From Pseudomonadota bacterium (GTDB lineage Bacteria; Pseudomonadota; Alphaproteobacteria; UBA11222), in contig JBMOMW010000059.1 of assembly GCA_049325255.1 (NCBI GenBank), positions 585 to 64,584 of the forward strand: a DNA stretch of 64,000 nucleotides, written 5' to 3'. The notes under the pieces were generated by a model. It searched no databases and was not told where the DNA came from. It saw only the letters and a list, made by a program, of their open reading frames with translations. This document shows, one piece after another, positions 8,654-23,979 of this stretch (its first letter is position 1; every line of letters starts with the position of its first letter). Made by a program: the position numbers and the translations under genes.

Positions 8654-8683
8654 GCTTCAATCTATGCAAAATCAAGCAGGGTT

Positions 8684-9172
8684 TTATTTGGCGCTTTGCG
8701 CCGCCAGCTCCGCAAGCAGGTCCAGGGCGGCTTTCGCAAATGCCCACATATTGGTCTCGCGGTCCGAATCTCCCGTGGCAAGCGTGATGGCCCGTTCAAT
8801 GGGTCCGCTGACCGCCACACAGGCATGTCCCGGCGGGTTGCCATAGGGGTTGCCGCTGGGGCCGCTGGCCCCGGTTTCACCAATGCCCCAAATGGTTCCC
8901 ATCTTTTCGCGGATGCTTCGCGCCTCGAACAGGGCAAACTCCTGGGTGGCGGATTTCATGCCTTTCGGGCGTTCCGGCAACAACGCCTTGCCGCCCTGTG
9001 CGGTGTAGATAATGCCGCCACCGATATAGAACGCCGATGCGCCAGGCACCGCCACCAGCGCCGCCGAGATCAGGCCGCCGCAGGAGGATTCGGCGACGGA
9101 AACTGTTTGCCTGTTGGCGATCAGCAAAGCAGCGGCGGGGCCGGACAGGGCGGCCAGTCCTGGATAAGTCAT
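8684..9172 (-). CDS. CinA C-terminal domain / nicotinamide-nucleotide amidohydrolase (PncC) family protein
   Basis: 162 aa. VSVAESSCGGLISAALVAVPGASAFYIGGGIIYT matches the CinA/PncC signature region. Confidence 0.8.
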   Translation of the reverse strand: MTYPGLAALSGPAAALLIANRQTVSVAESSCGGLISAALVAVPGASAFYIGGGIIYTAQGGKALLPERPKGMKSATQEFALFEARSIREKMGTIWGIGETGASGPSGNPYGNPPGHACVAVSGPIERAITLATGDSDRETNMWAFAKAALDLLAELAAQSAK

Positions 9173-9286
9173 GGGCGGTTTCCTCGCGTAAGATGGGGGC
9201 TGAATCCCTACAATTGCTTGACTCTACCCCAAAGCGCGCCTAGTTTCCTACCCGATCCATTACATTGAGGGTCGCAAAAGCCGTCC

Positions 9287-9321
9287 CACCAGTCAGCGAG
9301 GTTTCGCCCACTGGTGTTTTT
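9287..9321 (+). terminator. intrinsic-terminator-like hairpin plus U-run immediately upstream of ffh
   Basis: CACCAGT (9287-9293) pairs with ACTGGTG (9310-9316). An inner GCGA/TCGC stem lies between them, and TTTTT follows at 9317-9321. No plus-strand gene lies upstream. Confidence 0.4.
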
Positions 9322-9347
9322 CTGCTTTGTAACATGGGCCATGCTTT

Positions 9348-10799
9348 ATGTTTGAAACGCTTTCTGACCGGTTGACCGGCATCTTTGACAGCTTGCGCAA
9401 GCAGGCGTCATTGAGCGAATCTGACGTGGATACGGCCATGCGCGAAGTGCGCCGGGCGCTGCTGGAAGCCGACGTGGCGCTGCCGGTGGCGCGCGATTTC
9501 ATCGCCAAAGTGCGTGAACGCGCCATCGGGCAGGAAGTGGTCAAATCGATCACCCCGGGCCAGATGGTCATCAAGATTGTGCATGACAATCTGGTGGAAA
9601 TGCTGGGTTCTTCCTCGCAGGGCATTGATCTGAACGCCCCCTCGCCGGTGCCGATCCTGATGGTTGGCTTGCAGGGTTCGGGTAAGACCACCACGACGGC
9701 GAAACTGGCGCTGCGCCTGCAAACCCGCGATCGCAAAAAAGTATTGATGGCCTCGCTGGACGTTGCGCGCCCCGCCGCGCAGCAGCAGTTAAAGGTGCTG
9801 GGCGAACAGGCGAAGGTTGCGACCCTGCCGGTTATCGCCGGACAGATGCCGGTCGATATCGCCAGACGCGCCATGGAAGCCGGCCGTCTGGGCGGTTTCG
9901 ATGTCGTCATTCTGGACACCGCCGGACGTACCCATGTAGATGAAGCCCTGATGGCGGAAGTGGCCGCCGTGCGCACTGCAGTCAACCCGCACGAAACCCT
10001 GCTGGTCGCCGATAGCCTGACCGGACAGGACGCGGTGAATGTCGCCAGCAGTTTCAATGCGCGTACGCCACTGACCGGGATTATACTGACCCGCGTCGAT
10101 GGCGATGGACGCGGCGGTGCGGCGCTGTCGATGCGTGCGGTTACCGGCTGTCCGATCAAGGCTATCGGTGTTGGCGAGAAGCTGGATGCGCTGGAGGATT
10201 TTCATCCCGAACGCATCGCTGGCCGCATTCTGGGCCAGGGCGACGTGGTCAGTCTGGTGGAAAAGGCTGCTGAAAGTTTCGAAGTCGAAAAAGCCGAAAA
10301 GCTCGCCAAAAAAATGCAGAAGGGCGAGTTTGATCTCGATGATCTGGCCGAACAATTGGCCCAGATGCGCAAGATGGGCGGCATGCAGGGGCTGCTGGGC
10401 ATGCTGCCCGGCGTTGGCAAGATGAAGAACCAGATTGCCGCCGCCGGCCTCGACGACAAGCTGATCAAGCGTCAGGAAGCCATTGTGCATTCCATGACCC
10501 GTGAAGAACGCCGCAAGCCGAAAATCCTCAACGGTTCACGCAAGCGCCGCATTGCGATCGGTTCCGGCACATCCGTTCCCGAAGTCAACAAGCTGCTGAA
10601 AACCCATCGCCAGATGGCCGACATGATGAAACAGGTCGGCAAGAAAGGCATGAGGGGACTGCTGGGTGGGCTGGGCGGCCTGACCGGGATGGGTGGCGGC
10701 ATGCCCGCATTGCCACCGGGCCTGAGCGGATTGGGCGGCGGATTAAAGGATGGCGGCATGCCGCAATTACCGCCCGGATTTCCGGGCTTGAAACGCTAA
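9348..10799 (+). CDS. ffh: signal recognition particle protein Ffh
   Basis: 483 aa with N domain MFETLSDRL, GTPase motifs [10 protein letters not shown] and DTAGR, and a Met-rich M domain with a Gly/Met/Leu-rich tail. Confidence 0.97.
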   Translation: MFETLSDRLTGIFDSLRKQASLSESDVDTAMREVRRALLEADVALPVARDFIAKVRERAIGQEVVKSITPGQMVIKIVHDNLVEMLGSSSQGIDLNAPSPVPILMVGLQGSGKTTTTAKLALRLQTRDRKKVLMASLDVARPAAQQQLKVLGEQAKVATLPVIAGQMPVDIARRAMEAGRLGGFDVVILDTAGRTHVDEALMAEVAAVRTAVNPHETLLVADSLTGQDAVNVASSFNARTPLTGIILTRVDGDGRGGAALSMRAVTGCPIKAIGVGEKLDALEDFHPERIAGRILGQGDVVSLVEKAAESFEVEKAEKLAKKMQKGEFDLDDLAEQLAQMRKMGGMQGLLGMLPGVGKMKNQIAAAGLDDKLIKRQEAIVHSMTREERRKPKILNGSRKRRIAIGSGTSVPEVNKLLKTHRQMADMMKQVGKKGMRGLLGGLGGLTGMGGGMPALPPGLSGLGGGLKDGGMPQLPPGFPGLKR

Positions 10800-10824
10800 T
10801 ATACTAAACAACCAGGGAATCACG

Positions 10825-11217
10825 ATGTCACTTAAAATTCGCCTTGCCCGTTTCGGCACCAAGAAACGCCCCTTTTACCGTATCGTAGTGGCTGATGTTC
10901 AGGCGCCGCGCGATGGCCGCTTTATCGAAAAGCTGGGCTTTTTCAATCCGCTGCTGCCCAAGGATCATGCCGAGCGCATGAAGCTCGAAGGCGAGCGCAT
11001 CAAGCATTGGATGAGCGTTGGCGCATTGCCGACCGATCGTGTCGCACGCATGCTGGGCGATGCCGGACTGATGGCGAAACCGGTTCGTGGCAACAATCCC
11101 GAACAGGGCAAGCCAAAAGCCAAGGCGCTGGAGCGCATCGCACAGAAAGCCGAAGCCGCAAGCAAGGCCGCCGCCGCAGCGGCGCCTGCGGAAGAAGCGG
11201 CGCCAGCCGAAGGATAA
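10825..11217 (+). CDS. rpsP: 30S ribosomal protein S16
   Basis: [24 protein letters not shown]... with an Ala/Lys-rich C-terminal extension, in conserved ffh-rpsP-rimM-trmD-rplS order. Confidence 0.96.
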   Translation: MSLKIRLARFGTKKRPFYRIVVADVQAPRDGRFIEKLGFFNPLLPKDHAERMKLEGERIKHWMSVGALPTDRVARMLGDAGLMAKPVRGNNPEQGKPKAKALERIAQKAEAASKAAAAAAPAEEAAPAEG

Positions 11218-11223
11218 ATCTGC

Positions 11224-11775
11224 TTGGCGCAATCCAATAATCGCATCTGTGTGGGCGCCATTATGGGCGCCCATGGGGTGCGCGGAGAAGTGCGCATCAA
11301 ATGTTTTACTGAACGGCCCAAAGATGTGGGCGCGTTCGGCCCGGTCCAGACGGAAGATGGCCAGCGGCGCTTTACGGTAAAAGTGACCCGCAGCGTGAAA
11401 GAAGGGGTCGCCGCATCGCTGTCCGGCATTGCTGACCGGGATGCCGCAGAGGCGCTAAAAGGGGTGCGGCTCTATGTACCCCGTTCAGCGCTGCCCGTGC
11501 TGTCGGCCGAGGCGGATGAATATTATCTGGCCGATCTGATCGGTCTGGCGGTGCGCTGGGCCGATGGGCCGCAGGAAGAAGGCAAGGTGATCGCGGTGCA
11601 TAATTTTGGCGCTGGCGATCTGGTTGAAGTGGCGCCAGCAGCAGTTTCGGGTATGAAACCGCAAACCCTGCTGTTGCCGTTTGAGCGCGAAGTCGTGACG
11701 CAGGTGAATGTGACTGAAGGCTATATAAGTGTGCTTTTACCACGCGAAGTGAGTGAGGAGGCAGAGGAGAAATAG
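11224..11775 (+). CDS. rimM: 16S rRNA processing protein RimM
   Basis: [19 protein letters not shown] matches the N-terminal motif and synteny agrees. The TTG start at 11224 is uncertain. Confidence 0.88.
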   Translation: MAQSNNRICVGAIMGAHGVRGEVRIKCFTERPKDVGAFGPVQTEDGQRRFTVKVTRSVKEGVAASLSGIADRDAAEALKGVRLYVPRSALPVLSAEADEYYLADLIGLAVRWADGPQEEGKVIAVHNFGAGDLVEVAPAAVSGMKPQTLLLPFEREVVTQVNVTEGYISVLLPREVSEEAEEK

Positions 11776-11777
11776 AG

Positions 11778-12518
11778 GTGCCTGAAGACTCCGGGACTGC
11801 AAAAGCCTGGTCAGCCACGGTGCTGACCCTGTTCCCGGACATGTTTCCGGGACCTTTGGGGCTCAGTCTGGCGGGAAAAGCGCTGGAAAAGGGCTATTGG
11901 CGGCTGGAAACGGTGGACTTTCGCGGCTATGCGCGCGATAAACACCGCTCCGTGGATGACAGCCCTGCGGGGGGCGGCGCCGGCATGGTGCTGCGGCCCG
12001 ACGTGCTGGCGGCGGCGATTGATGATGTCCGGTCCCGGGAAACTGCCCGGCGGCCATTGATCTATCTGAGCCCGCGTGGGGCGCCGCTGACCCAGAAGCG
12101 GGTGCAGACCCTGCGCGCTGAACCCGGTGTGGTGCTGATCTGCGGACGCTTTGAAGGTGTCGATGAGCGGCTGTTGCAGTCGCGCGATATTGAAGAAGTC
12201 AGTCTGGGCGATTTCGTCCTTTCTGGCGGAGAACCAGCGGCGCTGGCGCTGCTTGATGCGGTGGTTCGGTTGCTGCCGGGTGTGGCGGGAAATCCCGGCA
12301 CATTCGAAGAAGAAAGTTTCGAGAGGGGGTTGCTGGAATATCCCCATTATACAAAGCCCAGCGAATGGGAAGGTATGGCAATACCGCCGGTGCTGTTATC
12401 CGGCAATCATGCGCAGATAAAGGCATGGCGCAAGGCCAGGTCAGAAGAAATTACGCAGGCGCGCCGTCCGGATTTATGGCGGCGTTATATCGCGGGAACC
12501 GAGGAGAGTGAGTCATGA
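11778..12518 (+). CDS. trmD: tRNA (guanine37-N1)-methyltransferase TrmD
   Basis: [25 protein letters not shown] and VLSGGE motifs are present. GTG start. Confidence 0.93.
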   Translation: MPEDSGTAKAWSATVLTLFPDMFPGPLGLSLAGKALEKGYWRLETVDFRGYARDKHRSVDDSPAGGGAGMVLRPDVLAAAIDDVRSRETARRPLIYLSPRGAPLTQKRVQTLRAEPGVVLICGRFEGVDERLLQSRDIEEVSLGDFVLSGGEPAALALLDAVVRLLPGVAGNPGTFEEESFERGLLEYPHYTKPSEWEGMAIPPVLLSGNHAQIKAWRKARSEEITQARRPDLWRRYIAGTEESES

Positions 12519-12886
12519 ATTTATTGCAGGAACTGGAAGCCGAACAGATTGCCAAACGCACCGAAGGCAAAACAATTCCCGATTTTGGCCCGGGCGACAC
12601 GCTCAAGGTCATGGTGCGGGTGGTGGAAGGTACGCGCGAGCGCTTACAGCCATTTGAAGGCGTGTGCATTGCGCGTTCCGGCGGCATGACGCTGAATGCG
12701 AATTTCACCGTGCGCAAGATTTCCTACGGCGAAGGCGTGGAGCGGGTGTTCTCGCTCTATAGCCCGCTGGTTGATCAGGTTGTGGTGCTGCGCCGGGGCC
12801 AGGTGCGCCGCGCGAAACTTTATTATCTGCGTGGCCGCACCGGCAAATCCGCGCGCATTCTGGAAAAGAAAGTAGTTCGCAGTTAG
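12515..12886 (+). CDS. rplS: 50S ribosomal protein L19
   Basis: 123 aa. [31 protein letters not shown] matches L19. It overlaps the trmD stop with ATGA. Confidence 0.96.
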   Translation: MNLLQELEAEQIAKRTEGKTIPDFGPGDTLKVMVRVVEGTRERLQPFEGVCIARSGGMTLNANFTVRKISYGEGVERVFSLYSPLVDQVVVLRRGQVRRAKLYYLRGRTGKSARILEKKVVRS

Positions 12887-12907
12887 TTGACGCTGGAGGA
12901 AAGTGCG

Positions 12908-14314
12908 ATGGCTGGCCCAAGCACACTGTATGATAAAATCTGGCAGGCCCATCTGGTAAGTCAGCAGGCGGACGGAACCTGCCTGATCTATATTGACCGG
13001 CATCTGGTGCATGAAGTGACCAGCCCGCAGGCCTTTGAAGGCTTACGGATGACCGGCCGCAAGGTGCGCCGCCCGGAGGCGACGCTGGCCGTTGCCGATC
13101 ACAATGTGCCGACCACGGATCGCGCCAAAGGTATCGAAGACGAAGAATCACGCATTCAGGTTGAGACGCTGGAAGAAAACTGCGCGGCGTTTGGCGTGGA
13201 ATATCTGCCCATGTCCGACATCCGCCAGGGCATCGTGCATATTGTCGGACCGGAACAGGGCCTGACGCAACCCGGCATGACCATTGTCTGCGGTGACAGC
13301 CACACCGCCACCCATGGCGCTTTTGGCGCGCTGGCGTTCGGCATCGGCACATCGGAAGTGGAACATGTGCTGGCGACGCAGACGCTTATTCAGGCGCCCG
13401 CGAAAAACATGCGCGTCACGGTGGACGGAAAATTACCGGCGGGCTGCACCGCCAAGGATATAGTGCTGGCGATTATCGGAAAAATCGGCACCGCTGGCGG
13501 TACCGGCCATGTCATCGAATTTGCAGGCGAGGCCATCCGTGCACTGAGCATGGAAGGCCGCATGACGGTGTGCAACATGACCATCGAGGCGGGCGCGCGC
13601 GCCGGTCTGATTGCGCCAGATGAAACCACCTTCGCCTATGTGATGGGCAAGCCCCGTGCGCCCAAGGGCGGGCAGTGGGAACTGGCGGTCAAATACTGGC
13701 GCACCCTGGTCAGCGATGCGGGCGCAAAGTTTGACCGTGAAGTCAAACTGAACGCCGCCGATATTGCGCCACAGGTCACATGGGGCACCAGCCCGGAAGA
13801 CGTATTGCCGATCACGGGCTTTGTGCCCGATCCGGCAACTGAGCCGGACGCCGCGCGCCGCGCGTCGATGTTGCGCGCGCTGGATTATATGGGCCTGACG
13901 GCGGGAACGAAGCTGACGGATGTTAAAATCGACCGGGTGTTTATCGGTTCCTGTACCAATGGCCGTATCGAGGATTTGCGCGCCGCTGCCAAAGTGGCAA
14001 AGGGCCGCAAGGTCGCAGCGCATGTGGGTGCCATGGTGGTGCCAGGTTCGGGCCTGGTGAAAGAACAGGCCGAACATGAAGGATTGGATAAAATATTTAT
14101 CGAGGCGGGCTTTGAGTGGCGCGAACCGGGCTGTTCCATGTGTCTGGCGATGAATGCCGACAAGCTGGAGCCGGGTGAACGTTGCGCCTCCACCTCCAAC
14201 CGCAATTTCGAAGGCCGTCAGGGCCGTGGCGGCAGAACGCATCTGGTCAGCCCCGCGATGGCGGTCGCCGCAGCGGTTACGGGACATCTGACGGATGTCA
14301 GGAATTTGGAGTAG
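12908..14314 (+). CDS. leuC: 3-isopropylmalate dehydratase large subunit
   Basis: Start is moved to ATG 12908 after GGAGGA. LYDKIW...[21 protein letters not shown] and GSCTNGR aconitase-family motifs are present. Confidence 0.96.
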   Translation: MAGPSTLYDKIWQAHLVSQQADGTCLIYIDRHLVHEVTSPQAFEGLRMTGRKVRRPEATLAVADHNVPTTDRAKGIEDEESRIQVETLEENCAAFGVEYLPMSDIRQGIVHIVGPEQGLTQPGMTIVCGDSHTATHGAFGALAFGIGTSEVEHVLATQTLIQAPAKNMRVTVDGKLPAGCTAKDIVLAIIGKIGTAGGTGHVIEFAGEAIRALSMEGRMTVCNMTIEAGARAGLIAPDETTFAYVMGKPRAPKGGQWELAVKYWRTLVSDAGAKFDREVKLNAADIAPQVTWGTSPEDVLPITGFVPDPATEPDAARRASMLRALDYMGLTAGTKLTDVKIDRVFIGSCTNGRIEDLRAAAKVAKGRKVAAHVGAMVVPGSGLVKEQAEHEGLDKIFIEAGFEWREPGCSMCLAMNADKLEPGERCASTSNRNFEGRQGRGGRTHLVSPAMAVAAAVTGHLTDVRNLE

Positions 14315-14320
14315 ATGAAT

Positions 14321-14454
14321 CGTCATCGCGAGCCGCGAAGCGGCCCCCGGGACCGGCCTTGGCCGGCCCGAGGACAGGCTCCGGCGATCCAGGAGCCACA
14401 AATATAGGCATTATCGTGTGACTCCTGGATTGCTTCGCTCCGCTCGCAATGACG
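14321..14454. repeat. MITE/REP-like palindromic element (134 bp) filling the leuC-DUF2442 gap
   Basis: The terminal inverted repeats are CGTCATCGCGAGCCGCGAAGCGG and GCTTCGCTCCGCTCGCAATGACG. An inner inverted repeat is ATCCAGGAGCC / ACTCCTGGAT. Related copies occur elsewhere in the window. Confidence 0.7.
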
Positions 14455-14718
14455 TTTGGAAGGTGTGGCGTGAGCATTTCGGCAATAAATCATGATGCGC
14501 GCGTTGATGACGTAAAAATCACCGCTGATCGCCTGGAAGTGAAATTGCGTGATGGGCGTCGTGTCAGTGCGCCACTGGAATGGTTTCCGCGCCTGCTAAC
14601 GGCGACGGAGGCAGAGCGTGCAGTTTGGGAGATATGCGCTGGTGGCTATGGTATTCACTGGCCGGGGATTGATGAGGATTTGAGCGTGGATGGGTTGCTT
14701 GCAGGCGCGCAGGGATAA
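14449..14718 (+). CDS. DUF2442 domain protein (orphan, no DUF4160 partner)
   Basis: ADRLEVKLRDGRRVSAPLEWFPRLLTATEAERAVWEI..GGYGIHWPGIDEDLSVDGLL matches my recollection of the DUF2442 pattern. The ATG at 14449 lies inside the MITE terminal repeat. An alternative GTG at 14470 is preceded by GGAAGG. Confidence 0.65.
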   Translation: MTFGRCGVSISAINHDARVDDVKITADRLEVKLRDGRRVSAPLEWFPRLLTATEAERAVWEICAGGYGIHWPGIDEDLSVDGLLAGAQG

Positions 14719-14730
14719 GGACAAACGGCA

Positions 14731-15336
14731 ATGCAGAAATTTGACAAACTGACAGGCGTTGCGGCGCCCTTGGCGCAGATCAATGTCGATACCGACATGA
14801 TCATTCCCAAGCAGTTCCTGAAAACCATCAAGCGTTCGGGGCTGGGCAAGAACCTGTTCGATGAAATGCGCTATACGCCAGATGGCAAGGAAAAGCCGGA
14901 TTTCGTGCTGAACAAACCTGCCTATCGCAATGCGCAAATTCTGGTGACCGGTGAAAATTTCGGTTGCGGGTCCAGCCGCGAACATGCGCCCTGGGCGCTG
15001 CTGGATTTTGGCATCCGCTGCATCATCGCCACCAGCTATGCGGATATTTTTTACAATAACTGTTTCAAGAACGGCATTCTGCCAATCATCCTGCCGCAGG
15101 CCGATGTGGACAAACTGATGCACGACGCCGAACGCGGCGCCAATGCTATGGTCAGTATCGATCTGGCGGCGCAGGAAATTCGCGGGCCCGATGGCGGGAT
15201 TGTAAAATTCGAAATTGATCCGTACAGAAAGCAATGCCTGATCGAGGGGCTGGACGATATCGGCCTGACCCTGAAACAGGGAGCCAGGATCGATCAGTTC
15301 GAACAGAAACGCGCCGCACAGCAGCCCTGGCTTTAG
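14731..15336 (+). CDS. leuD: 3-isopropylmalate dehydratase small subunit
   Basis: 201 aa with [17 protein letters not shown] motif and leu operon context. Confidence 0.95.
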   Translation: MQKFDKLTGVAAPLAQINVDTDMIIPKQFLKTIKRSGLGKNLFDEMRYTPDGKEKPDFVLNKPAYRNAQILVTGENFGCGSSREHAPWALLDFGIRCIIATSYADIFYNNCFKNGILPIILPQADVDKLMHDAERGANAMVSIDLAAQEIRGPDGGIVKFEIDPYRKQCLIEGLDDIGLTLKQGARIDQFEQKRAAQQPWL

Positions 15337-15376
15337 AAATGAATCGGGCATTTGCAAAAAAATTGATGTCTCTATT

Positions 15377-15410
15377 CGTCATTGCGAGCGAAGCGTGGCA
15401 ATACAAAATG
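15377..15410. repeat. solo terminal repeat of the GTCATTGCGAGCGAAGCG element family
   Basis: CGTCATTGCGAGCGAAGCGTGGCAATAC lies between leuD and leuB and matches the ends of the 14321..14454 element. Confidence 0.55.
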
Positions 15411-15432
15411 CTATAGGAAGCCTGTAATCATC

Positions 15433-16545
15433 ATGTCCAGCAACAGATCATTATTAATCCTGCCCGGCGATGGCATCGGCCCCGAGGTCATGCGCGAAGT
15501 GCGCCGTGTAATCGACTGGTTTGGCAAGCGCCGCGCCATCAGTTTTGATATCGGCGAAGACATTGTGGGCGGCGCGTCGATTGATGCGCACAAAACGCCA
15601 CTGACCGACAAGGCGCTGGAAAAGGCCATGCAGGCCGATGCGGTGCTGTTTGGTTCTGTCGGCGGTCCGAAATGGGACAATCTGGGGTTCGACATGCGCC
15701 CCGAAGGCGGGTTGCTGACGCTTCGCAAGGAACTGGATCTGTTCGCCAATCTGCGTCCCGCGATCTGTTTTCCCGCACTGGCGGGCGCATCATCGCTGAA
15801 ACCGGAACTGGTAACGGGGCTGGATATTCTGATTGTGCGCGAACTGACCGGCGGCGTTTATTTTGGCGAACCGCGCGGCATCGAAACCCTGCCCGATGGC
15901 CAGCGGCGCGGCGTCAATACGCAAGTTTACACCACATCGGAAATTCACCGCGTGGCGCGCGTGGCGTTTGAGCTGGCGCGCAAGCGGCGCAATCTGGTGC
16001 ATTCGTCAGAAAAGGCCAACGTGATGGAATCCGGCCTGCTATGGCGCGAAGAAGTGACCAAGCTGCACAAGGCGGAATATGGCGACGTGCAGCTTCAGCA
16101 TATTCTGGCCGATAATTGCGCCATGCAATTGGTGCGCGAACCCAAGCAGTTTGATGTGATCGTCACCGATAACCTGTTCGGCGATCTGCTGTCCGATGTG
16201 GCGGCGATGCTGACCGGATCGCTGGGCATGCTGCCGTCCGCCTCGCTGGGCGCCAAAGACGCCAGCGGTAAAAGCAAGGCGCTGTATGAACCGGTGCACG
16301 GTTCAGCCCCGGATATTGCGGGCAAGGGGCTGGCCAATCCCATCGCGACGGTGCTGAGCTTTGGCATGGCGCTGCGCTATTCGTTTGATCTGCCAGGCGA
16401 CGCCGATCTGATTGATAAGGCCGTGGAAAATGTGCTGGCCGGCGGGTTGCGCACGGCGGATATCATGCAGCCCGGCATGGCAAAAGTATCGACAGGCGTG
16501 ATGGGCGACGCGATCGTGCGCGAGCTGGACAAACTCACTACTTGA
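15433..16545 (+). CDS. leuB: 3-isopropylmalate dehydrogenase
   Basis: Start is at ATG 15433 ([19 protein letters not shown]). LFGDLLSD and the isocitrate/isopropylmalate dehydrogenase signature are present. The upstream part of ORF 15382 is repeat sequence. Confidence 0.96.
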   Translation: MSSNRSLLILPGDGIGPEVMREVRRVIDWFGKRRAISFDIGEDIVGGASIDAHKTPLTDKALEKAMQADAVLFGSVGGPKWDNLGFDMRPEGGLLTLRKELDLFANLRPAICFPALAGASSLKPELVTGLDILIVRELTGGVYFGEPRGIETLPDGQRRGVNTQVYTTSEIHRVARVAFELARKRRNLVHSSEKANVMESGLLWREEVTKLHKAEYGDVQLQHILADNCAMQLVREPKQFDVIVTDNLFGDLLSDVAAMLTGSLGMLPSASLGAKDASGKSKALYEPVHGSAPDIAGKGLANPIATVLSFGMALRYSFDLPGDADLIDKAVENVLAGGLRTADIMQPGMAKVSTGVMGDAIVRELDKLTT

Positions 16546-16596
16546 ATTTTAACCGCCGGGGGTTCATATGCGCCCGGTGAAACGGGAGCAGGAAGC

Positions 16597-17619
16597 ATGG
16601 GTTATAAAGTAGCAGTTGTAGGCGCCACCGGCATGGTCGGGCGCGAAATGCTGAATATTCTGGCGGAGCGGGAATTTCCCATCACCGAGGTCGTGGCGCT
16701 GGCGTCACGGCGCAGCATCGGCAAGGAAGTCTCCTTTGGCGCACGCACGCTGAAAACCCAGGCGCTGGAGAATTTCGATTTCAAGGGCACCCATATTGCG
16801 CTGTTCTCGGCGGGTTCATCCGTATCTGCGGAATGGGCCCCGAAGGCCGTGGCGGCGGGCGCGGTGGTGATCGATAATTCCAGCCATTTCCGCATGCATG
16901 CCGATGTGCCGCTGATCGTGCCGGAAGTAAACCCGGCGGCGCTGGCCGGTTACACCAAGCGCGGCATTATCGCCAATCCGAACTGTTCGACTGCGCAATT
17001 GGTGGTGGCGCTAAAGCCGCTGCATGACGTGGCGAAGATCAAACGTGTCGTCGTGGCGACCTATCAGTCGGTGTCGGGTGCGGGCAATCAGGGTGCGGAT
17101 GAATTGTTCCGCCAGACCCGCGCGGTGTTTGTGTCTGATCCAATTGAAAAAACCAAATTCACCAAGCAGATTGCCTTCAACCTTATTCCGCATATCGACA
17201 GCTTCATGGAAGACGGCTACACAAAAGAAGAATGGAAGATGATGGCCGAGACCAAAAAAATGCTCGACCCCAACATCAGGCTGACCGCCACCTGTGTGCG
17301 GGTGCCGGTGTTTGTCGGCCATAGCGAGGCGGTGAATGTCGAGTTCGAACGCCCGATCAGCGCGGACGAAGCGCGCGATATTCTGCGCGAGGCGCCCGGC
17401 TGCATGGTGATCGACAAACGCGAAGATGGCGGCTATATCACGCCGGTGGAATGCGTGGGCGAATTCGCCACCTATATTTCGCGCATCCGCGAGGACAACA
17501 CGGTGGAGCACGGCCTCAGCATGTGGGTGGTTTCCGACAATCTGCGCAAGGGCGCAGCGCTCAACGCGGTGCAGATCGCGGAAATGCTGATCACCAGACA
17601 TCTGGGCAAGGCGGCCTGA
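16597..17619 (+). CDS. asd: aspartate-semialdehyde dehydrogenase
   Basis: 340 aa with VAVVGATGMVG at the N-terminus and active-site NPNCST. Confidence 0.95.
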   Translation: MGYKVAVVGATGMVGREMLNILAEREFPITEVVALASRRSIGKEVSFGARTLKTQALENFDFKGTHIALFSAGSSVSAEWAPKAVAAGAVVIDNSSHFRMHADVPLIVPEVNPAALAGYTKRGIIANPNCSTAQLVVALKPLHDVAKIKRVVVATYQSVSGAGNQGADELFRQTRAVFVSDPIEKTKFTKQIAFNLIPHIDSFMEDGYTKEEWKMMAETKKMLDPNIRLTATCVRVPVFVGHSEAVNVEFERPISADEARDILREAPGCMVIDKREDGGYITPVECVGEFATYISRIREDNTVEHGLSMWVVSDNLRKGAALNAVQIAEMLITRHLGKAA

Positions 17620-17625
17620 GGGGCG

Positions 17626-19044
17626 CTATCGCGGCAGCAGGCTTTCACCCATCAGATATTCATCGACTGCCCGCGCGGCCTGGCGGCCTTCGCGGATGGC
17701 CCATACGACCAGCGACTGACCACGGCGCATGTCGCCAGCGGAAAATAATTTGTCTACGGATGTTTTGTAATTGATCATGCTGGCCTGCACATTGCCGCGC
17801 GGGTCCAGGGCCACGCCAAGTTCTTTCAGCATGCCGTCATGCACGGGGTGCATGAAGCCCATGGCCAGCAAAATCAGATCTGCGGGCAAAGAAAACTCCG
17901 TACCCGGAATTTCTTGCAGCTTGTCATCCAGGCGGATGCATTCGATCTTAACCACCTTGCCGTCTTTGCCAACAATGTTTTTAGTCGATACGCCCCAATC
18001 ACGTGTGCAGCCTTCGGCCTGACTGCTTGATGTGCGCATCTTGTTGGGCCAGTTGGGCCACACGACCGGCTTGTTTTCTTTTTCCGGCGGCTTCGGCATG
18101 ATTTCCAGTTGCGTAACCGACCTGGCCCCCTGGCGCAGCGACGTGCCGATACAGTCGGACCCGGTGTCACCGCCGCCGATCACGATCACATGTTTGTCTT
18201 TGGCGCTGATTTCCGGCAGCGGCCACACGGCCTCGCGCCCGACCCGGCGGTTTTGCTGCGGCAGGAAATGCATGGCGTAATGCACACCATCCAGATCGCG
18301 TCCCGGCACTTCCAGATTACGCGCAAACTCAGACCCGCCGGTCAGCACCACGGCGTCAAAATCTTTCAGCAATTGGCGTGCAGGCACATCGACACCCACT
18401 TCGGTATTGTGTCGAAAGGTCACGCCTTCGGCCTGCATCTGTGAAATGCGGCGGTCGATCAGATACTTTTCCATTTTGAAGTCGGGAATGCCATAACGCA
18501 GCAACCCCCCGATGCGGGCGTTCTTTTCGAACAGTGTCACATCATGTCCCGCGCGGGCCAGTTGCTGCGCGCAGGCCATGCCGGCGGGGCCGGAACCCAC
18601 CACGGCCACATGCTTGCGGGTGCGGCGCTGGGGAATTTCCGGTACGATCCAGCCTTCTTCCCAGCCCTTGTCGATGATGGCGCATTCAATGCTTTTAATG
18701 GCGACCGGCGCATCATCAATGTTCAGTGTGCAGGACGCCTCGCACGGCGCGGGGCATATGCGGCCGGTGAATTCCGGAAAATTATTGGTGGAATGCAGCA
18801 CGTCCAGCGCCTCGCGCCAGCGGCTCCGGTAGACCAGATCATTCCAGTCGGGAATAATATTGTTCACTGGACAGCCATTGTGGCAATAGGGAATGCCGCA
18901 ATCCATGCAGCGCGCGCCCTGGCGCACCAGTTCGGGTTCATCGAGCGGAATGACGAATTCCCTGAAATCCTTCAGCCGTTCCTCGACCGCCTTGTACGGG
19001 CGCTCCTGCCGGTCGAATTCCATAAAGCCGGTTACTTTACCCAT
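17626..19044 (-). CDS. gltD: glutamate synthase (NADPH) small subunit
   Basis: 472 aa with CMDCGIPYC and CPAPCE Fe-S motifs and [16 protein letters not shown] fold. It lies directly downstream of gltB. Confidence 0.95.
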   Translation of the reverse strand: MGKVTGFMEFDRQERPYKAVEERLKDFREFVIPLDEPELVRQGARCMDCGIPYCHNGCPVNNIIPDWNDLVYRSRWREALDVLHSTNNFPEFTGRICPAPCEASCTLNIDDAPVAIKSIECAIIDKGWEEGWIVPEIPQRRTRKHVAVVGSGPAGMACAQQLARAGHDVTLFEKNARIGGLLRYGIPDFKMEKYLIDRRISQMQAEGVTFRHNTEVGVDVPARQLLKDFDAVVLTGGSEFARNLEVPGRDLDGVHYAMHFLPQQNRRVGREAVWPLPEISAKDKHVIVIGGGDTGSDCIGTSLRQGARSVTQLEIMPKPPEKENKPVVWPNWPNKMRTSSSQAEGCTRDWGVSTKNIVGKDGKVVKIECIRLDDKLQEIPGTEFSLPADLILLAMGFMHPVHDGMLKELGVALDPRGNVQASMINYKTSVDKLFSAGDMRRGQSLVVWAIREGRQAARAVDEYLMGESLLPR

Positions 19045-19072
19045 GCGAATATTCCATCACTTCCAAATTCAT

Positions 19073-23692
<4,620 letters not shown>

Positions 23693-23979
23693 GCGACGCC
23701 TATTCAATTCAATTCTTGACCTGCCACCACACTAACCGGCATGCAGGGCGGGGGAAACTAGCGTAACCCACAATCCCAGGCAATCAATAGTCCGATTATG
23801 TGACGTTCTTTTTCCTGCCAGCACGCGGCAGACGACCGAATTGGCTAAATTCAGCCATTCAGCCTATCAAATTATGACAGCAATACCTACCTTTTTTTCA
23901 AAAGCGCCTTCAGATTGTGATGCACGGCCCCTGCTTTGCGGATAGACTGAAAAGAAACACCGCAGGGAAGGACGCCCGC

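Noticed and set aside
9173-9347. SRP (4.5S) RNA gene next to ffh
   Set aside because: The region lacks the conserved SRP RNA domain IV motifs (the GGAA and AGCA symmetric-loop context) and is too short.
9293-10159. 288-aa minus-strand ORF opposite ffh
   Set aside because: It is a Ser/Arg/Thr/Ala-rich low-complexity translation antisense to a textbook Ffh sequence.
13433-14401. 322-aa minus-strand ORF over leuC, 44951..45703 over the enoyl-CoA hydratase, and 41484..42323 over the BVMO
   Set aside because: These are shadow ORFs antisense to genes with strong family signatures.
15382-15432. N-terminal extension of leuB (ORF start 15382), and similar extensions of moeB (to 35435), nirB (to 61584) and ubiE (to 41092)
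   Set aside because: The extensions run through repeat elements or divergent promoter DNA. Conserved protein N-termini begin at internal ATGs.
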